NCBI RefSeq assembly: GCF_000372725.1
Contig: NW_005202428.1
Span: 1,907,331-1,971,330 of the forward strand
Direction of reading: 5' to 3'
Source of the DNA: Emiliania huxleyi CCMP1516
Lineage: Eukaryota
Length of the DNA: 64,000 nucleotides
Shown here: positions 1-11,143 of the stretch, piece after piece
Numbering within the stretch: position 1 is the stretch's first letter
Layout of the letters: each line of letters starts with the position of its first letter
Made by a program: the position numbers and the translations under genes
The notes under the pieces: model-generated
Seen by the model: only the letters and a program-made list of their open reading frames with translations
What the model was told of the DNA's origin: nothing
The model's database searches: none

Positions 1-1568
1 GGGAGGAGGCGGCGGCGGGGTGGGTCCGCTCGCGTGCGCTCGGCGGCGGGCGCGCTCCTAGCCACATCTCTCCAGCCACCGGCTAGCATCCGTGGGGGCC
101 CTCTCACCCGCCGTCGGAGCAGGCCGAGGGGCGAGGGGCGAGGGGTGGGACACACGAGGTGGGCGACGTGCAGGTCCGCCCCCTCCGGCCGGCTCACCCC
201 ACTCCTCGACTCACCACGCAGGCGCGTGGGCTACGTCAGGATCGGCCAGTTCACAGAGCGAGGCACCGCCGAGCTCACCGCCGAGTTGCAGCGCTTGCGA
301 TCGTCGGGTGCACGACTCTTCCCGCCTCGACACCCCTCCCCAGCAGACGCGCCGCTCATCCACACCTCCCCCGCCCGCCGACGCGTCCATGACACGTCCA
401 CGACGTGCGCCCCTCAGGGGCCGACCGCCTCGTCCTCGACTTGCGCAACAATCCCGGTGCGCTTGCCCTGCCCCTGCCCCCTTCTCCGCCTCGGAAGCCG
501 TCTTCCGACCGGTCCCCAACCCCCTCCCCCCCGGCGCATGCAGGCGGGCAAGTCACCGAGGCGCTCGCGCAGGCGTCGCTGCTGCTGCTCGACTCGGACG
601 CGGGCGCCGACGCGACGGTCGCGTACACAGTCGACGCGGCCGGTCGCGTCGAGAGGCACAGTGTCTGGCGCCGTGCTCCGTGCCGAGACCCTTCCCTGAA
701 GCCGACCGCAACCTCCCTGCAGGCACACCGCGGGCGCCATCCTGCACGCTGCCGCCAACGACGCCGCCGCAGACGGGCGCGCGATTGCTGACGGGCGCGC
801 GGCTGCCGACGCGGCTGCCGACGCGGCTGCCGACGCGGCTGCCGACGCGGCGGGCGACCGCGGCGGTGCGGTGGGCGACGCGGAGGCGACCCTGTTTGGG
901 GCGCCACTCGTCGTGTTGATTGACCGCGGGAGAGCAGAGCCTAGATGCGGAAGACATCTCTTCGCGTTCGAGCTAGCGCTCAAGCCGACACGGATCCGGC
1001 TCCTTTCCACTCTATGCTCGAGCCGAATTCAGCTGTATCTGTAGCGCCTCGTATTCACGCAGTGCTCCGAGTCCACTGGACGAGGCCGTACTCCCGCCCC
1101 GGCGCTGGTCTGTTGATGGGCTCTGGCCTGTTCGTGCCGTAGGACAGCGAGCGCGGCGGAGCTCTTCGCCGCAGCGCTGCATGACAACGGGCGCGTGATG
1201 TGTCGTCGGGGAGGCCGCGTGTCTGGAGCCGTGCCCGAGCCTCGCCGGAGCCTCTCTGTAGGCGCGGCGTGCTCGTTGGGGAGCACACCTTCGGCAAGGG
1301 GCTCATCCAGCGCGTCTTTCCGATGCCAAACGGCGGCGCGCTCAAGCTGACCGTCGGCGAGTACATGCGCCCCACTCTGGCGCCGATCGAGCCGGGCGTG
1401 GGACTCGAGCCCGACCTGCCCTGCCTCGACACCCCACGCGGCGCCGCGGAGCCGGTCGATGCTTGCGTTGATATGGCGGTGAGCGTGGTTCGGGGACGCG
1501 CCCTAAAGGCGGTGCGGCCGCTGGCGAGGCTCCCGCTGCTCAGGACGGTGCGGCCGCTCGCCGAGTAG
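1..1568 (+). CDS. Carboxyl-terminal processing peptidase, S41/CtpA-like (multi-exon, 5' end outside window)
   Basis: Exon pieces give RVGYVRIGQF, LVLDLRNNPG, PLVVLID, TASAAELFAAALHDNGR (catalytic Ser region, ~1144-1195) and VLVGEHTFGKGLIQ...LKLTVGEY...GLEPD, all typical S41 motifs. Confidence 0.88.
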
Positions 1569-2034
1569 GGGGTGCGGGTGGCGCGTGAGGGAGCGATTGT
1601 GCGTCGCCATGTCATGGCGAGCCCATAGACGTTGCGAGTGAGCGATGCTCGCTCGCTTTTGAGTTAACTTTTGTATACTTTGGCGTAGCAGCAAACAATA
1701 AAAAACGTGTTCTATTACCGCGAGGTCGCTGCGCCGTGCGCGGCTATCGCGGCTTGTACATGCATCCTTGACGAGGTGGTCGCTGAGGCGCGCGTGCGAC
1801 AACGCAAGATGGACAACATCCTTGTTCGCACTGTGTTCGGTTGTTGAATGTTGTTGTTCCATCTTCAGCACGCACAAGGGGGCGAGGGCCGAGCCGCCGC
1901 CCCGCAGCTTCTGATCTCTCCAGCATGTGGATCTAGCGACTACTGGTATCAGTGGCGGGGGCGCGCGGTAAGCACTAAGCTGCCCATTGACAGGCCCGGG
2001 CGCGATGCTCACCGCGGTCCCGCCCACCCCCCGA

Positions 2035-4248
2035 CTACTGCGCGGCAGGCGGGGCGCCGGCCTGCAGCACAGCGGAGTTGCCGCTATCGTCGGTGAGGCG
2101 GAGCCACACCCGCGAGAGCTCCCTCGGGGGAGGGTCTCCATGCGCCCGCTCCCAGGCGAGCGCGCCCCACTGGAAGCGCCACTCGGCATCTGCGTCGACC
2201 GTCTCTAGCTCTGCGGGGTGGTAGCGCGAGCCGTCCCACGACACCTCGACGGCGGCGACGACGCCGCCGCCGCCGTCTGCCGCCCAGCCGCTCGCCTCGA
2301 CGCGGGAGCCTTCGCTCACCGCGAGCTCGTGCAGGCCCCCCGTCGGCGGCTGCACGTCCGTCGACGGCGGCGGCAGGGAGTATCCCGGCTCGAGGGTCGC
2401 CGGCACGACCCCCATATCGCCGAGGATGTTGACGGTGAGCTGCTTGACCTCCGGGCAGCCGCCGCGCGGGTCGGCGGCCACGCGGATATTGTACTTGTTG
2501 GCGCGCTGCGGGTCGTTGACGTCGTGGTGCGAGTCGAGCCCCCACGCCCACTGCACGGTCCCTGAGCCGAAGACGAACGCGCCGGTCCCGTTGCCGCGTC
2601 TGTGCAGGACGAGGGAGTGTGTGGCCGTCACGCTGTCGAAAGTGGACCCCCAGTCCATGATGCCCTGCACGTTGTCGACCGTCGTCGTCGCGAGCGTCTG
2701 CAGGCCCGCCGGCCGCCAGCCGTTGTCGACGTCCTCGTCCCACTCATGCCCGAGCAGCCCAGGGTAGAGGACGAGAGGAGGGTCGCCGGGCGACATGCTG
2801 CTCACCTGCGTGCCGCGCCACGCCCGGTGGCGGCCATACCGCCCGCCGTCGACGACGAGCGCGTCCATCCGCTGCGCGTTTGCCGCGAACATGTGGCCGG
2901 TTAGGCCGTTCTCGGGCATGCCGCCCTTTGGGTTGATGTCGCGGTCGTCGCGGAAGGTTCCCGTCCACGCGCCCGGCTCCGGGTCGAGCTTGACGACGGA
3001 CTGGGTCTCCTTGTAGCAGACCATCGTGCGCGGCGGGTCGTGCGCCGCGTCCCTCCCCTCCTCCTCCTCCCCCTCGGCCGGCGGCGGCGGCGGCGCGATG
3101 CGCGACGGCTCGAAGCGCACCGCCCAGTAGGCCTCATTCGCAGACCAAAAGTTGAGGTGCAGGCCTGCGTCGCGCGCAGCCTCGATGGCCTCGCGCTGCT
3201 CGTAGGTCCAATACTCGTCGTGCCCGACGGAGACGTACGCGGTCGAGCGCGCGAGCAGCCCTCGTGCGCGAGCCGGCACCGCCAGGTCCGCGCCGGTGGC
3301 GTAGTGCACGTCGTACCCGTTTCGCTCGAGGAAGCGGATTGCGGGGTACTCGCTGGTGAGCGGCATGTTGACGGCGCGGTAGTCGCGCGTGATGAGCGGC
3401 GTGTTGTACGAGCGCTTGTACGCCCTCCTCGTGTCGTGATCCGGGTCGCTCAGGTTGTAGGCCGCCCGGCCGGGCGCGTGCTCAAAGGGGTACTCAAAGC
3501 TGCCGTACGTGGTCAGCCCGCCCCAGCCGTTGTACGCGTGCCACGTGGTGTCGGAGGTCTGGAAGAGGAGGGAGCGAGCCGCGTCGCCGCCCGCACGAAC
3601 GACGAACCAGATGTGCGAGGCGCGAGGCTCGCGGAGCGCGTTGCGGAGGCGGTTGCGGCCCATCGCGCCGTAGCTGTGCCGCCCCTCCATCGGCGGCAGC
3701 AGGACGTCGCGGCCGAGCATCACGTGCTGCCTGTCGTACTTGTGCCGACTCGCGTCTGCGCGCCAGGTGCCTCGCGGGTCGCCTCTGCCGAGAGGGTCTG
3801 GCAGCACAGCGCGAGCAAAGTAGAGCCCCGAGGTGGCGTCCGGTGGTACATCGAAGACTGCGACGTCGTCCCAGTTGCCACAGTCCCACAGCTCCGCCTC
3901 GGGCTCCGTCTTGACGCACGGCGGCTGGCGGGAGGCCGCTCGCACGTCCACGAGAGTCGCTTCGCCAACCTTCCTAGCGCCGTCGCCTCCGTACCAGCCC
4001 AGCCGGTAAATATCCACGCGAAGCGTCTCCTCATGCGCCATCGCGATCTTGAAGTGAACACGCGCGCCTGGGAGCACCGAACCACGCGTGGCAAAGCCCT
4101 GGACGTCGTAGCTGCCTGCGCCGTTGACGTCCCACTCGGTCGCCGGCACGCCAGGCAGCTGGTTCTCGGCTACGATGGGCGAAGCAGTCGCGCCGCACGA
4201 GCCAGCTGCTGTGGCGGCAGCAGCGGCAATGGCTACGGTCGGCAGCAT
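2035..4248 (-). CDS. Secreted N,N-dimethylformamidase beta-subunit-like protein (bacterial DUF4082/DUF6605-associated type), intronless, 737 aa
   Basis: Signal-like N-terminus; motifs IVAENQLPG..WDVNGAG..VQGFAT, IYRLGWYGGDGARKV, LFQTSDTTWHAYNGWGG, EYPAIRFLERNGYDV, SVGHDEYW, GHEWDED, VFGSGTVQWAWGLD; C-terminal Ig-like G.A.DGGGGVVAAVEVSWDG. Confidence 0.85.
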   Translation of the reverse strand: MLPTVAIAAAAATAAGSCGATASPIVAENQLPGVPATEWDVNGAGSYDVQGFATRGSVLPGARVHFKIAMAHEETLRVDIYRLGWYGGDGARKVGEATLVDVRAASRQPPCVKTEPEAELWDCGNWDDVAVFDVPPDATSGLYFARAVLPDPLGRGDPRGTWRADASRHKYDRQHVMLGRDVLLPPMEGRHSYGAMGRNRLRNALREPRASHIWFVVRAGGDAARSLLFQTSDTTWHAYNGWGGLTTYGSFEYPFEHAPGRAAYNLSDPDHDTRRAYKRSYNTPLITRDYRAVNMPLTSEYPAIRFLERNGYDVHYATGADLAVPARARGLLARSTAYVSVGHDEYWTYEQREAIEAARDAGLHLNFWSANEAYWAVRFEPSRIAPPPPPAEGEEEEGRDAAHDPPRTMVCYKETQSVVKLDPEPGAWTGTFRDDRDINPKGGMPENGLTGHMFAANAQRMDALVVDGGRYGRHRAWRGTQVSSMSPGDPPLVLYPGLLGHEWDEDVDNGWRPAGLQTLATTTVDNVQGIMDWGSTFDSVTATHSLVLHRRGNGTGAFVFGSGTVQWAWGLDSHHDVNDPQRANKYNIRVAADPRGGCPEVKQLTVNILGDMGVVPATLEPGYSLPPPSTDVQPPTGGLHELAVSEGSRVEASGWAADGGGGVVAAVEVSWDGSRYHPAELETVDADAEWRFQWGALAWERAHGDPPPRELSRVWLRLTDDSGNSAVLQAGAPPAAQ

Positions 4249-4570
4249 ATATGTGTGCTTGTACCCTGCGAACCAGCCTTCGAGAGCGGGACCTCCGCGA
4301 GTCCCCCCTTTTTTTCTGCATTTTGATGAAGTGGCTGCCGGAACTTATCCTGGAGGTTTGTGCGCGCTTCCCTGAGCAAAAAAAACGCGTGCTTGCCTTC
4401 CCCTGAGCAAGCAAGACTGAGTACTCCCTCGTCCGTGCTAGTAGGGACGTGTGTAACATTTGACTGACCGACAAACACAAAATGCTAAAAATCTCTCTCT
4501 GACCGAGGATGGGTTAGGCTGCATATATACATGTTTCCTCGCTCACCCCGTCTCGTTTCCTTTCCGGTCG

Positions 4571-4788
4571 GTGTTTGAGCACTTGAGCACTGGATAGGGT
4601 CGATTCCGCATGGTACGGGACCCCTCGATCGTCTCGCCCTCCCTCACTGGTGTGTTCATTGGGTGGGGTCATAAGTCATAACAAACACGGTACAGGATCG
4701 AGGTGCACGCTGCTGAAGCAGTGTCGTCCCCCCTCTCCCCGACGGTGTCGGTGATGGCGGTGTGACCGATCGAGCTACAAGAGGAGCT
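4571..4788 (-). repeat. Dispersed SINE-like repeat, family B
   Basis: Reverse-complement match to 50423-50643; ends in a (CAAGTGCT)n-like tail. Confidence 0.75.
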
Positions 4789-5628
4789 TGGTCAGCATGA
4801 TCAGGGCCGGGCCGAGCAGTTCCTCACTTCCTCACTGGGTGAGCTTCAGTCTCAGGCCCCCAACCCATCACCTTCGGCTCGTGTGGATTCGAACCGCCGG
4901 AATGGAAGCTTCCTGCTTCCACCTGAGTGATGACGCCAGCGCCCCACCTGTTCCAGAGCGCCGAGAGGTCTGTCTGGAGTGTGTGTTGCGGGACGGGCAG
5001 AGCAGGTGGGGGGGGGGGGGGGGCAAAATTTGAGAGTCAAAGTAACTTGTAGACGTACTACACGGGCATAGGGCGCCGGGTGCCCCCCCCCCCGGCCCCC
5101 CCCCCCCCTCCCTCCCCCCCCGCCGCGGCGCCTCCCTTTCACCGCGACATTCATTCCTCTCTCCGGACTCCCTTTAGCTTTTCGATCCGCCTCCACCCTC
5201 CACTACGCTTGCGCCGCTCAGGCCTTGCAGCCGAGCCCCCCCCAGCCCGCCTCCCCCGATCCCCCACCTCCCCAAACACGCCACCCTCTCCCCCCCCCCA
5301 CACCCCCACCGCCTCCTCCTCAATCAGGTCCCTCCCCCTCTTCCTCCCCCGCTCCCCCGCGTCAGATACATACTTGCGCGACACACACCCGACGGTCGCA
5401 CACCGACTGTAACCCCGAGGTAAGGGCGCATGCACATCTAGCAGGCCCGCGCCACGATGGTGGAACAGACTGGCACGCACATGTTCCACAGTGGTGGCCC
5501 ATGGTGTTGTGCACACTGCCCCCACACGTTGGGAAACCACTTCCTACTTATGTGGGCCCGGCTTTCCCGGGAGCTAGCTCATGTCTCAAGCATCCGACCG
5601 ATAGACAAGCCTGTCTGGTGTTTCTCTA

Positions 5629-6250
5629 CAGCACCCTCTCGTTTCCTCTCTAGTTTCCCGAGGAAACTCCGTGGAAATCAGATGGTTTGGGCCCAAAATC
5701 AGCCAAATCGACAAAATACCGGGGTATTTTGCGGGTATGTATGTAACTGTAGAAAGATTTAGGTTTGGGACAGAGCGAGTGGGAGAGAACTTTTCGGCGG
5801 TCGTGGAGGTCGTGGAGGTCGTGGAGTGGCGAGTCACGCTCGTGCGGACAGGATCGATGCCGTCGCCGGATGCGGCGGCGAGGCACACGGGCGCCGGCGT
5901 GGCGCGTCGGCAGGCCCACCACGAGCGGATGCGCGACGAGCGCGCTCGGGAAGCGGCCGCGGGCGACGCGGAGCTTCCGCCGGAGGACGACGCGGTCGCG
6001 AGATGGCGAGCGCCGTCCACGTGCTGGACAGCGTGGCGGAGGTGGGCCCGAACTACACCCTGCTGCGCAGTACCTGGAAAACCCCGGCTATACCTGGAAA
6101 ATACCCGGTATGTTGGCGGGTTTCTCGGTTTCGCCTCAGATTTTGCCCCAGACCAGCTCTCAGACTCAGGGAAACTCGAGAGTTGCCAGAATGGAGCTCC
6201 AAACACCCTCTGGTTTCCCTGGAAATTTCCGGAAACGAAAAGTGCTGGGG
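5629..6250. mobile_element. Degenerate foldback/MITE-like element
   Basis: 5629-5740 and ~6090-6250 are imperfect inverted repeats (e.g. GGAAATCAGATGGTTTGG vs CCAAACACCCTCTGGTTTCC; CAGCACCCTCTCGTTTCC vs GGAAACGAAAAGTGCTG). No TSD resolved. Confidence 0.45.
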
Positions 6251-6507
6251 ACCCTCTCGTTTCCTTTTTGGTTTCCGGAAACGAAGTAACGAACGTGTTT
6301 GTGTTTCTCGGGCCAAGGGATGGGCAGCCTCGACTCGGCGCAAGCGGCAGGGGCGGCTGCTGTCAGAGACGTCCGCCATAGCGCCACGAGCACCACAGTG
6401 ACGGTGCGAGTCGGGCATGGGCAATTCTTACTTTAATTAATTAGTTTGATGAAAAACGGACGGACGTCGGCGCAACACTCGACTGTTGGGCCCGATCTCG
6501 ATCGACG

Positions 6508-7209
6508 ATGTCTGTCAGCTTGACGCCATACCCCGTTGTCGGGCGAACGATCGATGAGATCAAAAGCGACGCGTGGTATCCTGGGGGCACACATTCGAAA
6601 CGCAGGCTCCACACAAGGCTGCCGAAGACGACGAAATGGAAGCAGGCCCAAGAAGCCACGTGCGAAGTGAGAGAATTTGGCATGACGAGCTCAGAGGCGA
6701 GTGCCCGGGGGATAAATCTGGAGGCCAAAAAACGGGGCGGGGACCTCGACTTCTCCTCGGACTCTTACAAGGACAAGCATAACTGGACGGCCGACACCTC
6801 GCTCGAGCAATCCGAGCTGCTCACGCTCCAGAAGCTGCTGGAGGCAAACAAGGCGAAAGCAAAGGCGGGGGATGTCAGCCTGTTTAGCTACAGGAGCGAC
6901 ATCACCAGGCAGGTGGAGCTGTATCAAATGCGGCGCACTGCGTTGACGCCATTGCTCCAGTCCGACCCGCCTAGCTTTGGCCCCTTTGAGATGGCCCGTG
7001 CTGCTGATGAGGAGGAGGAGGAACCGATCGTTTGGGAGGATCCCCCGGTCTACCGTCCCCCACCACCCCCAAAGACGCAGGCGGAGAAGGACCTGCAGGC
7101 CCAGCTCGACCGTCTCAAGGCGATGAAAACGGGCGTACAGGGGACCATAAACAGCATGCCCCGCGAATGGTGGAAGTTCCAGCGGCCGGATGGAGTCATC
7201 TTCTGGTAG
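6508..7209 (+). CDS. Hypothetical protein, 233 aa
   Basis: ATG-initiated uninterrupted ORF with ordinary, non-shadow composition (charged, Pro run, coiled-coil-like segments). No family recognised. Confidence 0.5.
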   Translation: MSVSLTPYPVVGRTIDEIKSDAWYPGGTHSKRRLHTRLPKTTKWKQAQEATCEVREFGMTSSEASARGINLEAKKRGGDLDFSSDSYKDKHNWTADTSLEQSELLTLQKLLEANKAKAKAGDVSLFSYRSDITRQVELYQMRRTALTPLLQSDPPSFGPFEMARAADEEEEEPIVWEDPPVYRPPPPPKTQAEKDLQAQLDRLKAMKTGVQGTINSMPREWWKFQRPDGVIFW

Positions 7210-7869
7210 TATTAACGGGCAGAATACTTGATAGACATCTTGAGCAGAGAGAGGGAGGGCAGACGATCGGCTTGCATTTTGGCGTCGCGTTTGACAGCCT
7301 CGTGACCCTGAGTGATGACTCTTCCGCCCGGCGTGTCCCGGTGTCCGGCCCGGCCGCTGGCGCTGCCTTTGTCTCGGGGTGTTTGCGTTATGATGTGACA
7401 TACCCCACTGAGACTAGAATTCACGCCCCGAGAAGTTTGGGGTTGGGGCTGCGGCCCCGGCGTCACTCTATCGCCGGACGCGGACCGCGGCGCGGTTTTT
7501 TGCTTTTCCCTTTCGGGTCTTTAGTCTCGTCGGTGCGCCAACACCGTGATACTGATAGAGGTTACGGCTTCAGAGAGCCGCATCGACTATCGTGGCATTT
7601 GGGTCGGCTCTTTGTGAAGGCACCGCAAAGTGTTAGATGGGAGGGTCGCCGCCTGACGCGGCAGAGTTTCATCGTTCAAAGACTCATGAATCACGATACC
7701 TTATGTGCATATATCGGCCACAATGCAAAGGCATGCGCAACCGCAAGTGGCAAGTGCGCGCGAGAGGTGTCTCTCGACTAGTGCACACGACTCATGTTCT
7801 CAAGTGCAGCCTGACACGGTCAGCGCGCTCTTGTGACGGGCACCGCCCACAACTATGGGGCAGGTCAGG

Positions 7870-8706
7870 TCATCGGAGCGCGGGTGGCTCATCGTCAGCA
7901 TGCACCTTGAGGTGCACCTGCGCCGACGCGTCCTCGGCGTCGACGATCGCCTTCGCCCGCTGCATGTTGAGCATGACCTGCTCCTGCCGCTCCCGCTTTT
8001 GGGCGAGCTCCTTCTCGAGGAGCGTGGTGCTCTTTGGCGGCAGGAAGAGCAGCGGCTGCCAGTTGTCGGCCACAGAAAGCGTGGAGGCGATGAGAATGCG
8101 AAGGTCAGTCGCACACTCCTCGAGTGGCGGCAGCGAATCGAGCGACCGGCCGCTCTTGGCCCAGCACGCGTTGAGCTCCTCGCGCGAGAGGAAGATGGGG
8201 ATGGCGCCCGGCGAACGGAGCGCGTCCGCCGTGAAGAGCGGCCATGGCCCTGCCGAGGCCATCTTCTCGCGAGCCGCCTCCGGCACGCCCGCGTAGCCGA
8301 CGTCATCAACAACCGCCTTGCTAAAGTGCAGCGCAGATCGCATCGGCGCCCGGATCCCGAACAGGCCTTGCACGATGGAGAAGGCCCTCCCGAGTGGAGC
8401 AGCCTCGAGCTCGAGAGGCAGCGTCGGGTTCGCCTCCCTGGCAGCAGCCAGCGCCGCGCGCGCGTCGTCCGCGTCCGCAAAGAAGTCTAGCGTGCCGCCC
8501 TGAGGGACAAATACGTCGCGCCCGCCCGGCTTCTCGACGACGATGTTGAACACACTCACTCGGTCCAGCTTTGTGAGCGCCTCCTGCTGCGTGAGGCACT
8601 GGAGCTGGCTGCTGCCGCTGTCAGGCAGTTGTGGTGCGGCGGCCTTCGGGACGGCGGACTTGATTGGCTCCGCCTTCTTGGGCGGCCGTGTGCCCTTGCG
8701 GCCCAT
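7870..8706 (-). CDS. Tic22-like protein
   Basis: KLDRVSVFNIV..., FFADADDARAAL, LGRAFSI, WPLF...IPIFLSREEL..W match the twofold Tic22 pattern. Start placed at ATG MGRKG (8706). Confidence 0.65.
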   Translation of the reverse strand: MGRKGTRPPKKAEPIKSAVPKAAAPQLPDSGSSQLQCLTQQEALTKLDRVSVFNIVVEKPGGRDVFVPQGGTLDFFADADDARAALAAAREANPTLPLELEAAPLGRAFSIVQGLFGIRAPMRSALHFSKAVVDDVGYAGVPEAAREKMASAGPWPLFTADALRSPGAIPIFLSREELNACWAKSGRSLDSLPPLEECATDLRILIASTLSVADNWQPLLFLPPKSTTLLEKELAQKRERQEQVMLNMQRAKAIVDAEDASAQVHLKVHADDEPPALR

Positions 8707-8764
8707 GAGTGTGCTGGAGCTGGTGCTAGGAGGAGGCGAGCTGAAAGAGCTCAGAAAAAGAATT

Positions 8765-9634
8765 TTTGGCACCTCGCAGGTCGGGCAGCATATCTAAAGG
8801 CAAAATGGAGGTGTGGGGTGGAGACGGTCACGACAGCGGGGTGGGAAGAGAGCAAGAAGGGGCCGCTCAGACCCGAGGCGTGGAGAACGACCGAGAGCCG
8901 AAAGAGAGTACTGGGCCCGCTCCTCTTTGAGACAAGGAGTCATGGCTGGAATAACCAAGGCCTCGCGTGTGACTTTGCACGTAACCTAGCCAAGCACGGG
9001 ATAGCGACATGGTCGGACGTGTCAGAATGGGGCACCGGGGAAGTGTTGACGTGGCCGCAAATGAAGCGAGTCTATGGCCTCAAAGACAACACGACGGAAC
9101 ATAGCGAATACAAGAGGCTGGCGGAGCAGCTGGAGCGACCAGAGTGGGCGCAGCTGCGACAATACTGGAAGTGGGCGGCCATAGAAGAGCGCGCACACGG
9201 ACAGAAGACGGAACGGAGGGCGCCCGATAGGGTGCGGAAGGTGAAGGCGGCAAGGAAGGCGCCGACCTGCTACGGGGGAGGCACGGAGGAGGACGAACAC
9301 GGATGGGAGTACCTCTGTGAATGGGAAGGAGAGCAGAGCGACAGCTGGGTGTGGCACGATAAGATGCCCCACACGTGGGAGCGGGAGCTAATGCACGCGC
9401 AAGGAGAGCTTGATAAACTCGAGGGGCCAAAATACGCCGGCGTCGCCGCGAGGCGCGCGAGGAGGGCGGAGACCGGAAGTTGCGCCGCGACGGCCGACGC
9501 GCGAGAAGGGCAGAAGGCGGGGGCGAGAAGCCGCGAGAGCAAGGGATCGGCAGGCGGCGGCGTCGTCGGAGGGACTGCGAAGAGAGATAGGTGAAGAGGC
9601 AGACGCCCAAGGGTGGGCGACGGCTAGCACCACA
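8765..9634 (+). mobile_element. 5'-truncated LINE fragment with chromodomain-like motif and family-C 3' end
   Basis: Purine-rich ORF with GIATWSDV..GEVLTWPQMKRVYGL (like the post-RT region of L1/Tx1-type ORF2) and VRKVKAAR...WEYLCEWEGEQSDSWVW. LDKLEGPKY and the terminal GGGCGACGGCTAGCACCACA are shared with 43940-44590. Confidence 0.7.
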
Positions 9635-9713
9635 CAGTCGCGCTCCCGTGCATCACTTTTGTGACGGTGTTTACAACTTTGAAGTTTGATCAACCATGTC
9701 TCGATAACCTTAA

Positions 9714-11053
9714 CCCCTAAACGGCTACCGAAACGGGGTGCCCGGAAGGGCGATATCACGGCGGCCTAACTGTGCCTCCGTGCGCTCGCCACATACCCCC
9801 TGCTGCCCGAGGGTCGTGTTAGCACTTTATTGGGCACATACAGAGGCGGTGGGAAGCCACCACGTTCCCTTTAAATTTTCCGCCACAGAGCTCCGGAGCG
9901 CGCTCTGCAGACTGCACGAGCTCCTGGAGGACGCGGTTTCGTCTTTCGATCCCAGACGGTCGTCGCACGTCGGCGCCCCAGTGAGGTCCGCCGTCATAGG
10001 TGTAGCACGCTACTAGACACACTGCCTCCAAGTTGAGCGGTGGAAAATTGTGACGAAGCCACGCACCGAAGCGCCGGCGTCCCTGTGGCAATCTGCCACC
10101 GACAGCAACACACGCCTTTGATCACCGGCTGCTTGCGCTCCGCATACTCTCCAGAAGCTGTTGGTTGTGTGGCTGGTGCTACTTCTATCAGCCTTCCTCA
10201 TGCACAATGTTGCCGTTGAGCTACGAGGCTGCAACCCGTCGTCATTTGAGTTTGCTGCCAGCCACACACAGCGCGTCCCTGCTGCACGAATGGTTGGACA
10301 GGTGTGAACAACACCTCGTGGGGGCGGCACCGCAGGCGTCCATTGAGGGGTCCAGGTGATAGCCCTGGGCGGGCAATCCATACGCCTAGTTGGACTTCAG
10401 ATCGCCCGATCGCGTCCCGGTGAACTGACGTCGGATTTGTGACGCCGCCGCACCGCGCCGCGGCCAGGGGCCCGGAGGCTGAGGATGGCCGTGGCGGACC
10501 GAGACGAGCTCTGGGAGGTAAAGTGTCAGCGTATATATTGTAGAAGCTGACCATGTGCACAATATCTCTCAGTCTAGCTAAGCCAGGGGAGGCTATTCTG
10601 GGCGTCCACACGGCTTGCACAGGTGACCCTCGCGACAAAGCGAGCGCGTCCGGCAGAGCGACTGAAGAATCGAAGACAGAGTCACAAATCCCGCTTGTTG
10701 TGCATGTTTTGAGGTCGGACAGTGCTGCTGTCTTCTCCACGCAGCAGCCGACGCCACCAGGCCTCGGTAGCTGAGCAGCAGGAGCCTCCTCACTGCTGGC
10801 AGAGTTGCGCCTCTGTTTGCCGCCGCTAAGAGATCGTTGTTGCGGGAATCCAGGGAATCTAAAGGAATCTAGAATCTGTGGGTCCGAGATTCGATCTGGG
10901 ACCTGAGCCGCTCGGGACCAGCTGCACATAGACCGGGGCCACTACCATGTCGCAGACGACTACTGGATCGGCCGTCGCTCCGACCAGCCGTCCTGCAAAG
11001 GAATAAAATAACAATCAGTTCCTTTACATATGTAAAGGAACGCCGTTTAGGGG
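9714..11053. mobile_element. piggyBac-like non-autonomous element nested in the TIR element
   Basis: TTAA|CCCCTAAACGGC ... GCCGTTTAGGGG|TTAA: 12-bp TIR starting CCC with TTAA TSD. Perfect 24-bp palindrome at 11018-11041 abuts the right TIR. No intact transposase. Confidence 0.8.
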
Positions 11054-11064
11054 TTAACCACCAT

Positions 11065-11143
11065 GTCGACGCTCATGAAAGTAGGCGCAATCAACTGGGC
11101 GCCCGGCGCCCGATCGATTGCGCCTACTTTCATGAGCGTCGAC
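11065..11143. repeat. Perfect 28-bp stem inverted repeat (mini-MITE-like hairpin)
   Basis: GTCGACGCTCATGAAAGTAGGCGCAATC (11065-11092) and its reverse complement (11116-11143). Confidence 0.85.

Noticed and set aside
3040..4326. Long antisense and alternate-frame ORFs here and throughout (Arg/Ala/Pro-rich)
   Set aside because: These are shadow ORFs expected from high GC and codon bias of the real genes.
9705..9722. Telomere-like TAACCT/TAACCC seed
   Set aside because: It is explained by the TTAA TSD plus the CCCCTAAA TIR of the piggyBac-like element.
9730..11010. Intact transposase inside the piggyBac-like element
   Set aside because: Only short ORFs are present, with no recognisable DDD motifs.
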